Assembly (NCBI GenBank): GCA_002269645.1
Contig: NIVC01000722.1
Location: 62,001 to 126,000, forward strand
Length of the DNA stretch: 64,000 nucleotides
Direction: 5' to 3'
Source of the DNA: Macrostomum lignano
Taxonomy: Eukaryota
Under the pieces are notes generated by a model, which saw only the letters and a list, made by a program, of their open reading frames with translations, was not told where the DNA came from and did no database searches. Shown here in pieces: positions 62,901 through 64,000 of the stretch; within the stretch, counting starts at the first letter, position 1; every line of letters begins with the position of its first letter. Both the position numbers and the translations under genes were made by a program.

Positions 62901-64000
62901 CTGTGTCTTTGAGTTTAGCGAGTCTTTGTTAGTGCTCAGTGTCTTTGAGTTTAGCAAGTCTTTGTTAGTGCTCAGTGTCTTTGAGTTTAGCGAGTCTTTG
63001 TTAGTGCTCAGTGTCTGGTGTGTAAGCGATTCTTTGTCTTTGTTTAATATATTCAATTCTGCCAGTGAGTGTTTGAACTGGATATCTTCATGTCTTCAAT
63101 TGTGAGTCTTTGTCTTGTCTGTATCAACTTAGTTTTCCGCGGGGTCCGGGTAAAATTATTAAACTATTATTATAAATCAAACTAAATTTGCCTGGCTAGT
63201 AACAAAATCCACCTGCTGCCATCCCCCCGCAGTACCATTTCTCCAAGTCGATGAACCTGCAGATGTGTCGCGCGCCCGCCGACAAAGTCAGCAACCTGAC
63301 CATCTGCCCGTTCGTCTGCTCCGCCTACACCAAAGCGGTCGCGGCCGCCAATCTAAAGGAGGTTTGGCGAACCACCGGCCTAGACGATCTCGTGTCCCTG
63401 ATTCTGCCCGAGCTGCCCCAGGTGTACCCGACTCCGCCGCCGCCATCGCAGAAGCAACAGCAACAGCAACAGCAGCAACCGGCTTCGTCACAGGAATCTC
63501 CTAAGCAGCCGCGAACTTCTAGCGGCGGCGGCGCAGCGCCAAAGCGGATGCCTCGATTCAAAGTTGAACCGCCAAACGAAGTATTCGAAGACGAATGGGA
63601 CGAGGTGGTCGCCCTGGCTGAGCACACGTCGTTGCTAACCGCCGCCGCTGCCGCCGCCGCCGTGCCGGAGGAACAGCCGGGTGCCGCTTCGTCCGACGCC
63701 TCGCCGGAGTTGCCGTCAGCATCTGCCGTCGCCGCCGCCGCGCCAGAACCGTCGATTCCTTCGTCCTCATCGGGATCGGGTTCTTACGCGTCGGCCTCCG
63801 AGCAGCAGCGGCAGCCAACGGCAAGCATGGTTGACCCGCTGGCCTTGGCGATGGCGGCTGCCGAAGCCACCACCACCGCCGCCACCGTCTGTATACCTAG
63901 GACTGTCGGAGCTCCCCACTGCGACGGCGGCCTCGGCGGCGGTAGTGGCGACGCAGACGGGGGCGGCTCTTCTACTACCGAGGCCGACCTGCTGATCGAC
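59969..64000 (+). CDS. pogo/Fot1/Tigger-derived protein (psq HTH + CENP-B-type HTH + DDE_1 domain), probably domesticated; 3' end lies beyond the window. Exons 59969-60682, 61022-61584, 62223-62778, 63233->64000
   Basis: psq HTH RRQWSQENMLKAYNAVVNQGVSLRIASTKFK/VPESTLRDRL; CENP-B-type HTH FFTAGEEQRIVDHVLFLHRIGY...SWLYSFTHRWP; DDE_1 domain WLMDEASI...GNSVPPFLLYRG...YSETGYLSPEIFMSWL..HF...VLLFYDAH...IILFPLPPH. Intron phases are 0,2,0 and the last exon is open to the window edge. Confidence 0.88.
60700..60990. repeat. Degenerate AATCTCACCCT-based repeats, pogo-gene intron 1
   Basis: Recurrent AATCTCA(C/T)CC(T/C)A(A/T)T motifs. Confidence 0.7.
61620..62220. repeat. 21-bp minisatellite, pogo-gene intron 2
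   Basis: CTGAGATTCTCTCAATCTCTA grading into CTGAGATTCTCCTAGA(G/T)CTCTA; runs up to the acceptor. Confidence 0.94.
62779..63020. repeat. 36-bp minisatellite starting at the donor of pogo-gene intron 3
   Basis: G(T/C)GAGTCTTTGTTAGTGCTCAGTGTCTTTGAGTTTA, about six copies. Confidence 0.92.

Overview
Eukaryotic (metazoan) genomic DNA. GC-rich exons with poly-Gln/Ala/Gly tracts, GT-AG introns and introns packed with minisatellites are consistent with a flatworm such as Macrostomum; the taxon is inferred, not proven. Splice phases were checked by hand and support six host-type genes: BCAS3 (+, ~1.46-7.90 kb), a two-exon MATH-like/BTB gene (-, 17.7-19.2 kb), an RRM plus coiled-coil gene (+, 23.2-25.0 kb), a Girdin/Daple (CCDC88) gene (+, 11 exons, 30.6-44.3 kb), KATNIP/KIAA0556 (+, 46.8-56.9 kb), and an intron-containing pogo/Fot1-derived transposase gene that lacks its third catalytic Asp (+, from 59.97 kb, running off the window). 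KATNIP intron 4 carries a one-ended CMC/EnSpm-like DNA transposon on the opposite strand, with a transposase C-terminal fragment and an intact three-exon DUF4806-like gene. About 20 of 23 host introns each hold a different tandem array; many units are self-complementary, several arrays are built on splice-site sequence, and several show higher-order repeat structure. Two tRNA-derived SINE-like copies are also present. Most long ORFs in the supplied track that are not listed as genes are artefacts of tandem repeats.
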